Below are positions 35,455 to 45,091 of a stretch of DNA of 64,000 nt, one piece after another. Made by a program: the position numbers and the translations under genes. Numbering within the stretch: the stretch's first letter is position 1; each line of letters opens with the position of its first letter. Where the stretch lies: positions 1 to 64,000 of IMG/VR virus record IMGVR_UViG_3300044701_000569; one strand, written 5' to 3'. The notes below the pieces were generated by a model. The model ran no database searches. It was given only the letters and a program-made list of their open reading frames with translations, and was not told the DNA's origin.

Positions 35455-36231
35455 TTAGTTTCTTACTAATATTTTAGGAATGGTTACAGGGTCTGCACTG
35501 GTTCTAAATCTTATGTAGCTGAATACACCGTTGAAGTTAACTGGTGTAGGTTCAGTTTCGGATCCAGTAAATGTAAGAGTTTCTAGTGTTGCCCAATCAG
35601 TAGTTCCAGAAATTTGATTTTCGAGAGTGGCTTCAACTGATACAGTACCTATGTACCCATCTGTATAGATAGCTACAGTATGCAGTGCTTCATTATTGTT
35701 TATGCTAGGATCTGCGTCTATTGACGAAGAAACGTAAGTTAATCCGGCGTCAAAGAACGATGTTATTGTTTTTGATTCTTTAGGAGACGGAAATGCTTCT
35801 GAACTTATTTTTATAATTGAATCAGCACCAAAATGAGTATCTGTATATGTTAGGATACGTTCATTTGTATCTAAATCAACTAGATAGATGCTATATTTTA
35901 AAAATTCATCTGTTAGATTTAATAGATCGTTTTCTGTTACAGTAACAGAAAACAATCCTCTTGTAGCACTACTACCGTCGTCAAGAACAGTGCAATCATG
36001 ATCAATTACTAATGTGTTGTTTTGATCGTATGCTCTAAACTTGGGTGTGTAACCCTGTGTATTGATGGGTTTTTGATCTGCATTTAGCAGTCTAAATTCT
36101 AGGACATTGTTTATGCCCTTGTAAACTAAGGCTTGTCTTTTATACACAGGTCTATACTCCGTAGTGAATCCTGCCAGATTGGCAACAATATCAATTCTGT
36201 TCTTGACTAAATATCTTGGCACTAATTGCAT
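35455..36231 (-). CDS. Probable virion structural protein
   Basis: Beta-rich; late TAAATA upstream. Confidence 0.55.
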   Translation of the reverse strand: MQLVPRYLVKNRIDIVANLAGFTTEYRPVYKRQALVYKGINNVLEFRLLNADQKPINTQGYTPKFRAYDQNNTLVIDHDCTVLDDGSSATRGLFSVTVTENDLLNLTDEFLKYSIYLVDLDTNERILTYTDTHFGADSIIKISSEAFPSPKESKTITSFFDAGLTYVSSSIDADPSINNNEALHTVAIYTDGYIGTVSVEATLENQISGTTDWATLETLTFTGSETEPTPVNFNGVFSYIRFRTSADPVTIPKILVRN

Positions 36232-36251
36232 GGTATAAGTATTTATTGTAA

Positions 36252-36620
36252 ATGTTAACAAAAGATATAGAAGAAAATTTTCCGTTTTTAAGCGTTGTAT
36301 CCTACGGAGGCAGCGAATACATTGGCATCATCTCTAACCAGGATCAGCACGTCACTAGCATGTACATATATACAAATTTACGTACAGATAGTGATAAGCA
36401 ATCGTTTTTAGATTTAGGTGATGTTTGGTGGTGGGAATCAAACAGACTAATTCCTATTAATATATTTTTAAAGGGCGAATTTGATAGATTTCGCTACTGT
36501 ATTATGACTATGAACACTAAAGATGTGATAGTTTCAATAGGACCAACTGTTAATCTTAACAATCTAGCACTAAAGAGGGTAAAAAGGAAGAACGTACAGC
36601 TAATTAGAAAAGTTAGATAG
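36252..36620 (+). CDS. Hypothetical protein
   Basis: WWWESNR.IPINIFL motif. Confidence 0.7.
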   Translation: MLTKDIEENFPFLSVVSYGGSEYIGIISNQDQHVTSMYIYTNLRTDSDKQSFLDLGDVWWWESNRLIPINIFLKGEFDRFRYCIMTMNTKDVIVSIGPTVNLNNLALKRVKRKNVQLIRKVR

Positions 36621-37185
36621 TTTCAGCAGAACTAGCAATTTTTTCACAGAGCAAGTTCATATGCACTATTACAGCGACAGCATATGACACAGCGTGAGCT
36701 TTCTTAAAGTAGTATTCACCGTCCTCGGGCTTCTTCCAAATACTGCTCATTATCGTCGTCCAACTCTCCCCAATCAAATGTCTCTTTGCTGGGCGTATCA
36801 TTGCTAAGACAGCAGCTAATTCTTCCACGGAAGAAGGGCAAGTCTTCCTCAGAATTGCACCATGGCCATTCAAATGAAATAACTGATTTACAAATTGATC
36901 GTGTTGTAAAAGTTCCCATACTGGTTCAGTCTCCATAAGTTTGTTTAAGTGATGTTCGTCACGTATGTCTTTATATATGCTGACGTTTAGAAAATCTATC
37001 TTAAAGTAGCCGCGTTCTTCTGCTTCTTTATAATCAATAGTAGATATGTTGTTAATTGGATTATGAGGGATCTCAGTAACATATATCCCTGTATTATGTT
37101 TTTTATTATCCTCAAGACGTGCGATACGATGCTGAAGTTTATTCAGCACTGTATCTCTATCAGCAAAGTCTATATCAATGTCCAT
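36613..37185 (-). CDS. Miniature DNA polymerase III alpha (DnaE)-like protein
   Basis: DIDIDF, HNTGIY, FKIDFLN, LA.IRP, FKKAHAVSYA in only 190 aa. Confidence 0.75.
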   Translation of the reverse strand: MDIDIDFADRDTVLNKLQHRIARLEDNKKHNTGIYVTEIPHNPINNISTIDYKEAEERGYFKIDFLNVSIYKDIRDEHHLNKLMETEPVWELLQHDQFVNQLFHLNGHGAILRKTCPSSVEELAAVLAMIRPAKRHLIGESWTTIMSSIWKKPEDGEYYFKKAHAVSYAVAVIVHMNLLCEKIASSAETI

Positions 37186-37678
37186 TAGTTAGTTTTTCAA
37201 TCTTTTTTCGTTTGCGTTGAGCCATGTCCCATTTAAGAGAACTTACTCTATCTTTCATAGTAATGCCTAGTAGATGATCTAATTCATGTAGATAACACTT
37301 TGCACTATAGCCTTCAATCTTGACTACTTTTTCTTCAAGATTCTCATCATAAAATTTTGCTAGTATTTCTTTAGGACGTTTTATTTTTACAAAGACATTT
37401 GGAAAACTTAAACAGCCTTCTATGTCATCTTGTGTTTCTGTTGTATACTGTAACACTGTGGGATTAATGCACATTGTTGAATTTTCAACACTATCTCCCA
37501 TTACAAAGACTTTAATATTTAGCCCAACTTGATTAGCACTTAGTCCTATGCCGCCACCTGACAGCATAAAGTCTACCATTTGCGTTTTGAGTTCTTTAGG
37601 ATCAAAACCAGGATTTTCAAGATCTACATCTTTACACTCTGTCTCTAATCCATCATTTGGATGTGTAACTAATTTCAT
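37175..37678 (-). CDS. def: Peptide deformylase
   Basis: GIGLSANQV, EGCLS, HELDHL. Confidence 0.95.
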   Translation of the reverse strand: MKLVTHPNDGLETECKDVDLENPGFDPKELKTQMVDFMLSGGGIGLSANQVGLNIKVFVMGDSVENSTMCINPTVLQYTTETQDDIEGCLSFPNVFVKIKRPKEILAKFYDENLEEKVVKIEGYSAKCYLHELDHLLGITMKDRVSSLKWDMAQRKRKKIEKLTNGH

Positions 37679-37687
37679 TTGTTCCTC

Positions 37688-38377
37688 TTATAGATTACTT
37701 TCTTTAACAACTTCTTTTACTAGTTCAACGTCAGCAGTTTGTCTTTTAAATCTTATAGCCCAGTGTTCTGGATTAATAACTTGATAGACCATATTCAACT
37801 GTTCGTCATTAAACTTGCTTAACATTTCTTTGCCGCTCTTACAGTTAAGTATAAGCCATGGACTTATCTTTCCGTCTCGAATATGCCATACTGCTCTGTT
37901 GAGACTTACATAACTGAAATAATGATTCCATGTACTACTATTTTCTTCAGCCCATTCCATCATTGTAGTAACGGAACGTTCTAGTGCTGTAGTAACATCT
38001 TCCTTAAGAATAAACTGTAGTGCATACTGCTCATACATTTCATTCCTACACCAATGATCTAATTTAACTCCTGACTTTACAACATAATCAATATACTTTT
38101 CAGGATATAACGGTCGCACGTTGGAGACAAACGATCCAAACTTTACAAATGCATTATAATAAGGTGACTTGCAAAACTCTTCGTAAGTTTTGTCTTTTTT
38201 AGCACCCGCACTTAATTTGTAAAATCTGTTAAATGCATAAAATCCGTACTGCACTCTCTTTTCAGTTTTTTGAAGTGCTCGTCTCTTTTGTTCACACATG
38301 TGAACAGCTAGGGTTTTTTCTTTGGTATACCCCGAATTGCAATACTCACAAACGTATGGCTTATCAGAAATCTGCAT
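37688..38377 (-). CDS. Hypothetical protein with N-terminal zinc finger
   Basis: YVCEYC...TLAVHMC. Confidence 0.7.
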   Translation of the reverse strand: MQISDKPYVCEYCNSGYTKEKTLAVHMCEQKRRALQKTEKRVQYGFYAFNRFYKLSAGAKKDKTYEEFCKSPYYNAFVKFGSFVSNVRPLYPEKYIDYVVKSGVKLDHWCRNEMYEQYALQFILKEDVTTALERSVTTMMEWAEENSSTWNHYFSYVSLNRAVWHIRDGKISPWLILNCKSGKEMLSKFNDEQLNMVYQVINPEHWAIRFKRQTADVELVKEVVKESNL

Positions 38378-38822
38378 CTTCGATACTATGTTCTCTAGCC
38401 AATTCTTTGAGTTCTTTTTTTGTAGATATTCTAGCAAGTAGTTCAACCTCATCAAGTTTCATTGTAGGATATATGGACTGTAGAAACTTAACTGCCTTTG
38501 AGTTAGCAGAGCCTTTCTGTTTAAAACCAATCCATTGATGACTTTCAATTTTTTTAGTATTGCCGGCTTGGCATAATAATTGCCATTGCAACTTAGGATG
38601 CTTGGTTCCTAAAACATTCCAATTTTTATTGTAGTACTCATTAGTTTTGAATACAGCTAATTCTTGTTTTTCTCGAGAACCTTGAACACTGCTAACCCAT
38701 CGGTTAAGTAACCAAAAGCTAACCTGTTTCTTTTCTTCGGGGGACAGTTCATCCCACACTGAGATTGCTCCCATATCAACAGCAGCTAATAGGTCTTTTA
38801 TAGGAAGTTTTTCTTGTGCCAT
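38364..38822 (-). CDS. Possible clamp-loader small subunit (gp62-like)
   Basis: Size, LLNRWVS...N...H.KLQW.LL...H.WI pattern and replication context. Confidence 0.5.
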   Translation of the reverse strand: MAQEKLPIKDLLAAVDMGAISVWDELSPEEKKQVSFWLLNRWVSSVQGSREKQELAVFKTNEYYNKNWNVLGTKHPKLQWQLLCQAGNTKKIESHQWIGFKQKGSANSKAVKFLQSIYPTMKLDEVELLARISTKKELKELAREHSIEDADF

Positions 38823-39472
38823 TCTTCTAAATCCGCAGGTGTGTTAATTTCAATTCCGTCAAAGTCTACTTCAGTTACTGCTATTTTAACATCATTTTGT
38901 AGCCAACGCAACTGTTCTAATTTCTCTATTTCTTCTTCCAGAAAAGACTTTGCCGTTGTCCACATTATTTTGGACTCTCTATTGTAGCCATAAATTCCTA
39001 AATGATGGTCGCCATACAAAAGTGGTGCCCTACAAAACCAATGTGCTCTGCCTCTTGAATGAATCATCTTAACAGCATTTGGATCTTGTCGCTTATTAAT
39101 ATCCATATGAGTATATGCTGTAGCTACATCTGCCTTTTGTAGTGCTCGTTCTACTGAGCGAATAATATCTACGGTAATGTCAGGCATGTCACCTTGAACA
39201 TTAATGTACCTATCGTATTGTAAATGTTCGTCAATTACTTCCATACAACGACTAGTTCCGCAATCATGATCTACCTTTGATAGTATTACATGAGGACTGG
39301 GTATCTGTTCTGCAATACGCTCGTCATCTGTAAGAACGTAGGTGTCTAACCCTGTTTCTTTACAACGATAAAATACTCGCTGTATTAGAGGAACGCCATT
39401 TAACTTTGCAAGGGGTTTACCTTCAAATCGTTGACTACCGTATCTTGCAGGAATTAAGATAGCAGTTGTCAT
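38798..39472 (-). CDS. kdsB: CMP-Kdo synthetase (3-deoxy-manno-octulosonate cytidylyltransferase)
   Basis: IPARYGSQRFEGKPL, GTSR, INVQGD, HLGIYGY, EKLEQLR, INTPADL. Confidence 0.92.
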   Translation of the reverse strand: MTTAILIPARYGSQRFEGKPLAKLNGVPLIQRVFYRCKETGLDTYVLTDDERIAEQIPSPHVILSKVDHDCGTSRCMEVIDEHLQYDRYINVQGDMPDITVDIIRSVERALQKADVATAYTHMDINKRQDPNAVKMIHSRGRAHWFCRAPLLYGDHHLGIYGYNRESKIMWTTAKSFLEEEIEKLEQLRWLQNDVKIAVTEVDFDGIEINTPADLEEWHKKNFL

Positions 39473-40113
39473 TTAAATTTAACACCTATGTTAAATGTAA
39501 AAATATTATCGTCAGCTAAATCATGCACATATAGATTAGACATACCTACAATTAATGTGTCTGACAACGCATAGTCTAACCCAGTTTTGTTTCTAATGTA
39601 GGTGTCAGTACCTTGTTCTATTAAAAATTTATTTGTAAATGTTAGTTTAGAATCTACGTTATAAGTTAACCATATTGAATTTCTTACTACTGGTTCAAAG
39701 TCATATCTGTCTTTTAGCGTTCCTAATGACACTTCATTTGATAGTTTAACTTTACTTGTTCGAATCAACTTGTATCCGTAGCCGGCGCCAGCAATAACCT
39801 TTTCGTCCGGAGTTCTAAGTTTATCAAACTCATAACGGCCAACTACAAATACATAGTTACGCTCATCTAAAGAATAATTCTGTTTACCCGAAAAAAATCC
39901 TCTATTTCGAGAAACTATATTCTTTTGTTCACTAAAGAAGTAATCAGTTTCAATTACACTTTGCCACGGACCGTTTTCAACAGTATGATCAAAACCTAAG
40001 GTTAGGTTAGCTGTATCATTTGAAGATATTAAGCCGCCTATAGTTGCTTTTGTTTCAGCGTGTGAAATACTACTAGACAAAAGTAGCAATAGTCCTAACA
40101 AGTATTGTTTCAT
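39469..40113 (-). CDS. DUF481/YdiY-like outer-membrane beta-barrel
   Basis: Signal peptide, amphipathic strands, GAGYGYKL, C-terminal IGVKF. Confidence 0.7.
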   Translation of the reverse strand: MKQYLLGLLLLLSSSISHAETKATIGGLISSNDTANLTLGFDHTVENGPWQSVIETDYFFSEQKNIVSRNRGFFSGKQNYSLDERNYVFVVGRYEFDKLRTPDEKVIAGAGYGYKLIRTSKVKLSNEVSLGTLKDRYDFEPVVRNSIWLTYNVDSKLTFTNKFLIEQGTDTYIRNKTGLDYALSDTLIVGMSNLYVHDLADDNIFTFNIGVKFK

Positions 40114-40119
40114 AAATTC

Positions 40120-40899
40120 TTAATTTCCTTCATACTGATATTTTACGATGTCGCTAACAATCTTTTCAAAGTCGTTTAAATGAATCATATTTGGACCGTC
40201 TGACGGAGCATTGTTGGGGTCGGGATGAACTTCTAAAAAGAAGTTTTTTACACCTAAGGCACTAGCAGCCCTAGTAAGGCCAGCAACATATTCGCGGTTC
40301 CCGCCAGAACTATGGCCTTGACCACCTGGCTTCTGAACTGAGTGGGTGGCATCAAATATGATAGGACAACTATAGCTGTTAAGCATATAATCCAACCCAG
40401 TAAAATCAACAACCAGAGCATTATATCCAAAGCTAGTTCCCCTTTCTGTTATCCAAACTTCTTTAGCATCTGTAGTCTTACTTAAGATACCCTTGATATC
40501 CCAAGGAGCGAGAAATTGACCTTTTTTTATGTTTACTATTTTACCTGTCTGACAGGCCTCTATAATTAAATCTGTTTGTCTACACAAAAATGCAGGTATT
40601 TGTAAAACGTCAATTGCATCTGAGTAGGTTGCAGTTAACGCTCTAATCTGTTGAACAGAGTGTACGTCTGTTAGTGTTTTTAAACCTTTAATAGACTTTT
40701 TCAACTTTGAAAAGTCTGACATTGTCTCAGCTAACCCAATACCGCGGATACCGTTTGCACTAGTTCGATTGGCTTTATCGTAACTGGCTTTGAAATAATA
40801 TTCAATGCCCCATGCACGACAGATATCATTACAGTGCGATGCAATTTTAAATGAATGCTCAAGGGTTTCGTGTTGGCAGGGTCCTGCTATTATCCTCAT
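40120..40899 (-). CDS. kdsA: Kdo-8-phosphate synthase
   Basis: IAGPC, KASYDKANRTS, QIPAFLCRQTDL, KKGQF, ERG.SFGY, DATHSVQ, SDGPN. Confidence 0.95.
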   Translation of the reverse strand: MRIIAGPCQHETLEHSFKIASHCNDICRAWGIEYYFKASYDKANRTSANGIRGIGLAETMSDFSKLKKSIKGLKTLTDVHSVQQIRALTATYSDAIDVLQIPAFLCRQTDLIIEACQTGKIVNIKKGQFLAPWDIKGILSKTTDAKEVWITERGTSFGYNALVVDFTGLDYMLNSYSCPIIFDATHSVQKPGGQGHSSGGNREYVAGLTRAASALGVKNFFLEVHPDPNNAPSDGPNMIHLNDFEKIVSDIVKYQYEGN

Positions 40900-41153
40900 T
40901 ATCTGCTTTCTTTTAAAAGATAATACAAATTTAATAGTTTGTCAAGTTCTTTTGCAAAAGTTTCGTTTGTTTTTGCTAAACGTTGCATTTCTGAAATGTC
41001 ACTAAAACCAAGACGAGAATGGGAAGGTTCTAGACCACCTATTACCCATCTTGGTATAGTGTTGTTTGGAGGGTCTCGATATCGAGCATAAACTGTTCCT
41101 TTGTCGTCTCTCTCGTAAATGAGAGCCTCGCCTGGGATTAGTTTAGTCTCCAA
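40899..41153 (-). CDS. Hypothetical protein
   Basis: Likely TTG start; LIPGEALIYER...VYAR. Confidence 0.55.
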   Translation of the reverse strand: METKLIPGEALIYERDDKGTVYARYRDPPNNTIPRWVIGGLEPSHSRLGFSDISEMQRLAKTNETFAKELDKLLNLYYLLKESR

Positions 41154-41154
41154 T

Positions 41155-41478
41155 TTACTTTGCTGTCTTTGGCTTGCGACCAGGCTTCTTAGCAGCAGTT
41201 GCGGCTGCTGCCTTAGGCTTAGTGACAGTCTTCTTAACAGCGGCACGTGTCTTCTTAACAACTGTTTCTGCTGCTACTGCAACATCAGCAGTATTAACCT
41301 TGCCGTCATTGTTAACATCAGCAACTTCCTTTACACCTTCAACTGCGTTTGTCACAGCAGCAGATGCGTCCTTTACATCAACCTTACCATCAGAGTTAAC
41401 ATCTAACCCCTTTGAACGATTGAAATAAATTAGTGCGCCACCAACTAAAATAACTAGACCAATCAGTACAATTTCCAT
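41155..41478 (-). CDS. Membrane-anchored protein with two DxNxDGxV (dockerin/EF-hand-like) repeats and a K/A-rich tail
   Basis: DVNSDGKVD and DVNNDGKVN; AGGAG SD. Confidence 0.7.
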   Translation of the reverse strand: MEIVLIGLVILVGGALIYFNRSKGLDVNSDGKVDVKDASAAVTNAVEGVKEVADVNNDGKVNTADVAVAAETVVKKTRAAVKKTVTKPKAAAATAAKKPGRKPKTAK

Positions 41479-41487
41479 TTTTATCTC

Positions 41488-41856
41488 CTATTTGGATTTA
41501 CTAATTTTAGAGCCAACAGTCCTACGAACTATGTCGTCGTGACTAAATTCAGCCCAATATAGTTCGAAAGCAACTCCATCTTCTATGCCTTCAAACTGAT
41601 GGATCTTACCCGGCTTAACTTGGGTAAAATCGCCTGCTGACAAAACTGTTTCATCTATTAAACCGTTTTGATCAGCATCTTGCCAAACACGAACAATCAT
41701 TTTTCCTGACTCTACAAAGAAGCCATTCCACTTGTAACGATGCTCGTGTTCAGAACATTTGTATCCAGCTTTAAATTCAATACGATGAAATTCTAACACA
41801 CCATTCGCGTGTATTAGTTCTGTATTTCCCCATATTTTTCCAGCTTTGACACCCAT
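41488..41856 (-). CDS. Cupin-fold protein
   Basis: CSEHEH..KWNGFFVESG...PG.IHQF. Confidence 0.75.
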   Translation of the reverse strand: MGVKAGKIWGNTELIHANGVLEFHRIEFKAGYKCSEHEHRYKWNGFFVESGKMIVRVWQDADQNGLIDETVLSAGDFTQVKPGKIHQFEGIEDGVAFELYWAEFSHDDIVRRTVGSKISKSK

Positions 41857-41866
41857 GCAAAAATCC

Positions 41867-42373
41867 TTATAATAATTTACTGTATTCAATTACTTCGCAC
41901 TGTCTACTTATGTCTTTAACAAAGTATGCGCATGGAGGATTGATTCCGTCAGTAATAGGAACAGTTAAAAGCTGTCCATTTTTCATTTTTGGAAAATACC
42001 ATTTAACATCTGTATAAAAGTTTACTATGTTTATCTTTGCAAATTCTGTTTTAAAACCTTTTAATGGATTAAAAACAAATGCTTCAAATCCTCTATCATT
42101 AATACTAGTTAATGGTAGCACTTCTAGGTCCATTCCACTTTCAGAATCTCCCACAGCAATGCTCCAATCAACTGGCATAGTTACTTCATGCCCGCCTATG
42201 TCTAATACCATAGCTGGAGCATTAAATGATTCTAAAAATATTAATGGTATAAAGAAAAAATCCGGTGTAGAAGGATCAGAATTATCTAATACACTAAACC
42301 TAATGTCTTCGTCTATTTGTTCCGGTAAGTTATCTAATTGATAGCATTTATTATCTAATGTTAATATTCTCAT
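41867..42373 (-). CDS. Conserved phage hypothetical protein
   Basis: ORF between UvsW and the cupin. Confidence 0.7.
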   Translation of the reverse strand: MRILTLDNKCYQLDNLPEQIDEDIRFSVLDNSDPSTPDFFFIPLIFLESFNAPAMVLDIGGHEVTMPVDWSIAVGDSESGMDLEVLPLTSINDRGFEAFVFNPLKGFKTEFAKINIVNFYTDVKWYFPKMKNGQLLTVPITDGINPPCAYFVKDISRQCEVIEYSKLL

Positions 42374-42380
42374 GTATTCC

Positions 42381-43844
42381 TTAGTTCCAATCAACTTTTT
42401 CTAATGTAAAGGGGTATTGAGCCTCCTTATAAAACTTCTTACGTTGTGTAAGATGTCGCTTTGCATATTTGCAAGTACTTGTGATATCCCAAATCTGTAC
42501 AAAGTCTTTGTCTTTTGCTTTTCGTACTCCGCGTCCAATACTTTGAATAACACGGACAAAACTCTTTCCGGGTTCAATAAGAACTAAATTAAAAATACGA
42601 GGAATATTAATACCAACAGCAGCAACACCATAAGTTGCGATGATGACATTATTTGTTGCGTCTTGTATTTCGTCGTATGATTCTTTTCTGTCTTTTACCT
42701 TAACTGATCCGTTAATGAAAACAGAGTCCGGAATAAGGCTTTGGAGTTTTTCGCCTGCACTAATTCTATCAACTAAAATTAGAGTGTTGCCTGATTGCTT
42801 TACTGTGTTTAAAAGTTTGCCTAGATAATCTAATCGCTTTTCATCAGTTACTAGATATTTTAGTTCCGATTGATAATCTCTAAATTCTGGTAGGTCTAAT
42901 AGCTGCACTACGTTTACATGGCAGTCTGCTAGAACACCTCGGTCCTGCAATTCCTTAGCAGTAATTTGTCCTATTACTGGACCTATACTAGCATGCAGTG
43001 CTTCGTATTCAAATTTCTCTTTAGGAATAGTTCCTGTAAGTCCCCAGCGTATAGGAGCATTGCGTAGATTTCGTGTGAGTAGATTTTTTAAAACTTCGGC
43101 TTTGGCTTGGTGAACTTCGTCTACAATAACAGTTGATACACCTTCTAAAAATTCTGCTAGACTTAGTACAGCGCCGCCGTCTTTGAATTTCTTTTCGAGG
43201 ATGTTAAGACTTTGCCATGTACAGATAGTGTGTGTTTTGTTTAGTTCTTTCTTATCACCAAAGTATACGCCTACATCTAATCCGCAGTTGCGATAATCTT
43301 CTGCTGTTTGTTCTACTAGACTTTTGTTTGGTACTATAACAAGACTACGTCCATATTTCTCAGTTAAATGACTTAGTGTTGCTGTGGTAATAGTTTTGCC
43401 TGCACCAGTAGCAATCTGTTGCAATGATTGAGGATTTTCAAGGAAACTATTAACAGCTTCAACTTGATAATCTCTCAGCATAATAAGTTCACCTTCGGCT
43501 GGATGTCCTTTAGGCCAGCGAACATTTTGATCAGCCCAATAGGTTTCAGTAATTGGTTGAAACTCAAATTTAACATGAGATCTTTGATCTACTATATCAT
43601 CAATTGATACATTGTTTTTTGTAAGTATATCTACAACAACATCAAGGTGGTTAACGTAGCCTGTACCGCCAATACCAAAAAAAGCAACCTTACCATCCCA
43701 TCGGCCCAATTTATACTGAGGCATATACTTTGCGTAAGGCACTTCAAATTTGAGTGCATTGGATAGCTTACGTCGAACATCAACATCAAGCCCTTCTAGC
43801 TTGATATTAACTTCGTCTTCTATAATTAATCTACAACTGGTCAT
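42381..43844 (-). CDS. uvsW: UvsW-like superfamily 2 helicase
   Basis: RDYQ, ATGAGKT, DEVH, GLTGT, QSIGRGVR. Confidence 0.9.
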   Translation of the reverse strand: MTSCRLIIEDEVNIKLEGLDVDVRRKLSNALKFEVPYAKYMPQYKLGRWDGKVAFFGIGGTGYVNHLDVVVDILTKNNVSIDDIVDQRSHVKFEFQPITETYWADQNVRWPKGHPAEGELIMLRDYQVEAVNSFLENPQSLQQIATGAGKTITTATLSHLTEKYGRSLVIVPNKSLVEQTAEDYRNCGLDVGVYFGDKKELNKTHTICTWQSLNILEKKFKDGGAVLSLAEFLEGVSTVIVDEVHQAKAEVLKNLLTRNLRNAPIRWGLTGTIPKEKFEYEALHASIGPVIGQITAKELQDRGVLADCHVNVVQLLDLPEFRDYQSELKYLVTDEKRLDYLGKLLNTVKQSGNTLILVDRISAGEKLQSLIPDSVFINGSVKVKDRKESYDEIQDATNNVIIATYGVAAVGINIPRIFNLVLIEPGKSFVRVIQSIGRGVRKAKDKDFVQIWDITSTCKYAKRHLTQRKKFYKEAQYPFTLEKVDWN

Positions 43845-45073
43845 CTAAGTATCTTTTTAAAAGGACTCATTGTTTCGTCACGATATATGATTAAATCGCA
43901 ATAAGAAGAAACATAAGCATCGCTGTACCTATTAGGAAAGGAACCAAACACTAGTGCTGTTGAGGGCTTCCATTCTCCAGACACTAATAGTTTAGGTAAC
44001 TTTTCATTACTAATATATACAATTTTTGTATTTTTGTCAACCCAGTTATTAAGAGATTTGTCTTTTACATACTCATTAAAACTAGCACCTACATCATTAT
44101 TAAGCCTAAATAGAACACTTTGTTCTTTAGCAGCAATTAGATGCCTAAAAATATTAAACGTATCATACACCTGTTGTTCAGCATGTTTTTCATCTACTAT
44201 AACTAGTAGAGGATAACGATTTAATTGATGTATAGATTCTAATAATTGTTTTAATTCTGATTCCGAAGGCTTACTTAAAAAGTCAACATCTTTTCTGGTT
44301 GCAATTTGAAAGGACAATCCTTCACCGATGACAAGATCTTTAATTCTATCAATACCATATCTTCTTTTTCTATCAATATAAAAGATTAGAGTTTTCTCTG
44401 AAAGTGGACCAATCTCTTCTTCTGCTATTAATTGAAGTTTTTTTGAAACATTAAACAGTTGATAAGAATCAATAGTAGGAATATAGTTATTAGGATTATT
44501 TTTAATTTCTACAATATTGTTGTAGAAATCTAATAACTGCTCATCTATTATAAAATCTTTTTCCTTAAATGTGTTTATTACAGTATAGACATTTTTTTCA
44601 TTTGCAACAAAGAAATGCACATGAGTACCTTTGCCATGATAGTAAGTTTTTCTATCAGAAACACAATGTTCAATATCTGAAATTATTTTTTTACTAAAGG
44701 GAAATCTTACACAAAACCATTGTAAGTTTTTACTATACTCTGATACTATTTGATTATCTAAAATTATTTGATCTTCTATAGTTACTAGTCTAATAAATTT
44801 TCTTCTATCTATTACTCGAAGCGGTAATCGTGTTTTTTCTACAGCATGAGTAATGTCTATATCTATTTTTAAAAACTGATCAGTGTAAGAACTAATCAAT
44901 TTAGTCTTGCATAGTTCATATTGTTTATCGGTTAACCCTACACCTTTAAATACTTGTCGCGCAATACTACTCAAGATAGTATACTCAGAAGAAATGATCT
45001 CCATCTTAGGTCCGGTTTTTAACCCTGCTAATAATTCTAAACAATCTTCAATGGTGGGATTTTCTTTTAGCAT
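43841..45073 (-). CDS. Hypothetical protein
   Basis: 410-aa ORF; TTGACA-17-TATAGT promoter upstream (45081-45109). Confidence 0.7.
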   Translation of the reverse strand: MLKENPTIEDCLELLAGLKTGPKMEIISSEYTILSSIARQVFKGVGLTDKQYELCKTKLISSYTDQFLKIDIDITHAVEKTRLPLRVIDRRKFIRLVTIEDQIILDNQIVSEYSKNLQWFCVRFPFSKKIISDIEHCVSDRKTYYHGKGTHVHFFVANEKNVYTVINTFKEKDFIIDEQLLDFYNNIVEIKNNPNNYIPTIDSYQLFNVSKKLQLIAEEEIGPLSEKTLIFYIDRKRRYGIDRIKDLVIGEGLSFQIATRKDVDFLSKPSESELKQLLESIHQLNRYPLLVIVDEKHAEQQVYDTFNIFRHLIAAKEQSVLFRLNNDVGASFNEYVKDKSLNNWVDKNTKIVYISNEKLPKLLVSGEWKPSTALVFGSFPNRYSDAYVSSYCDLIIYRDETMSPFKKILR

Positions 45074-45091
45074 AACAATAACTATAACAGA

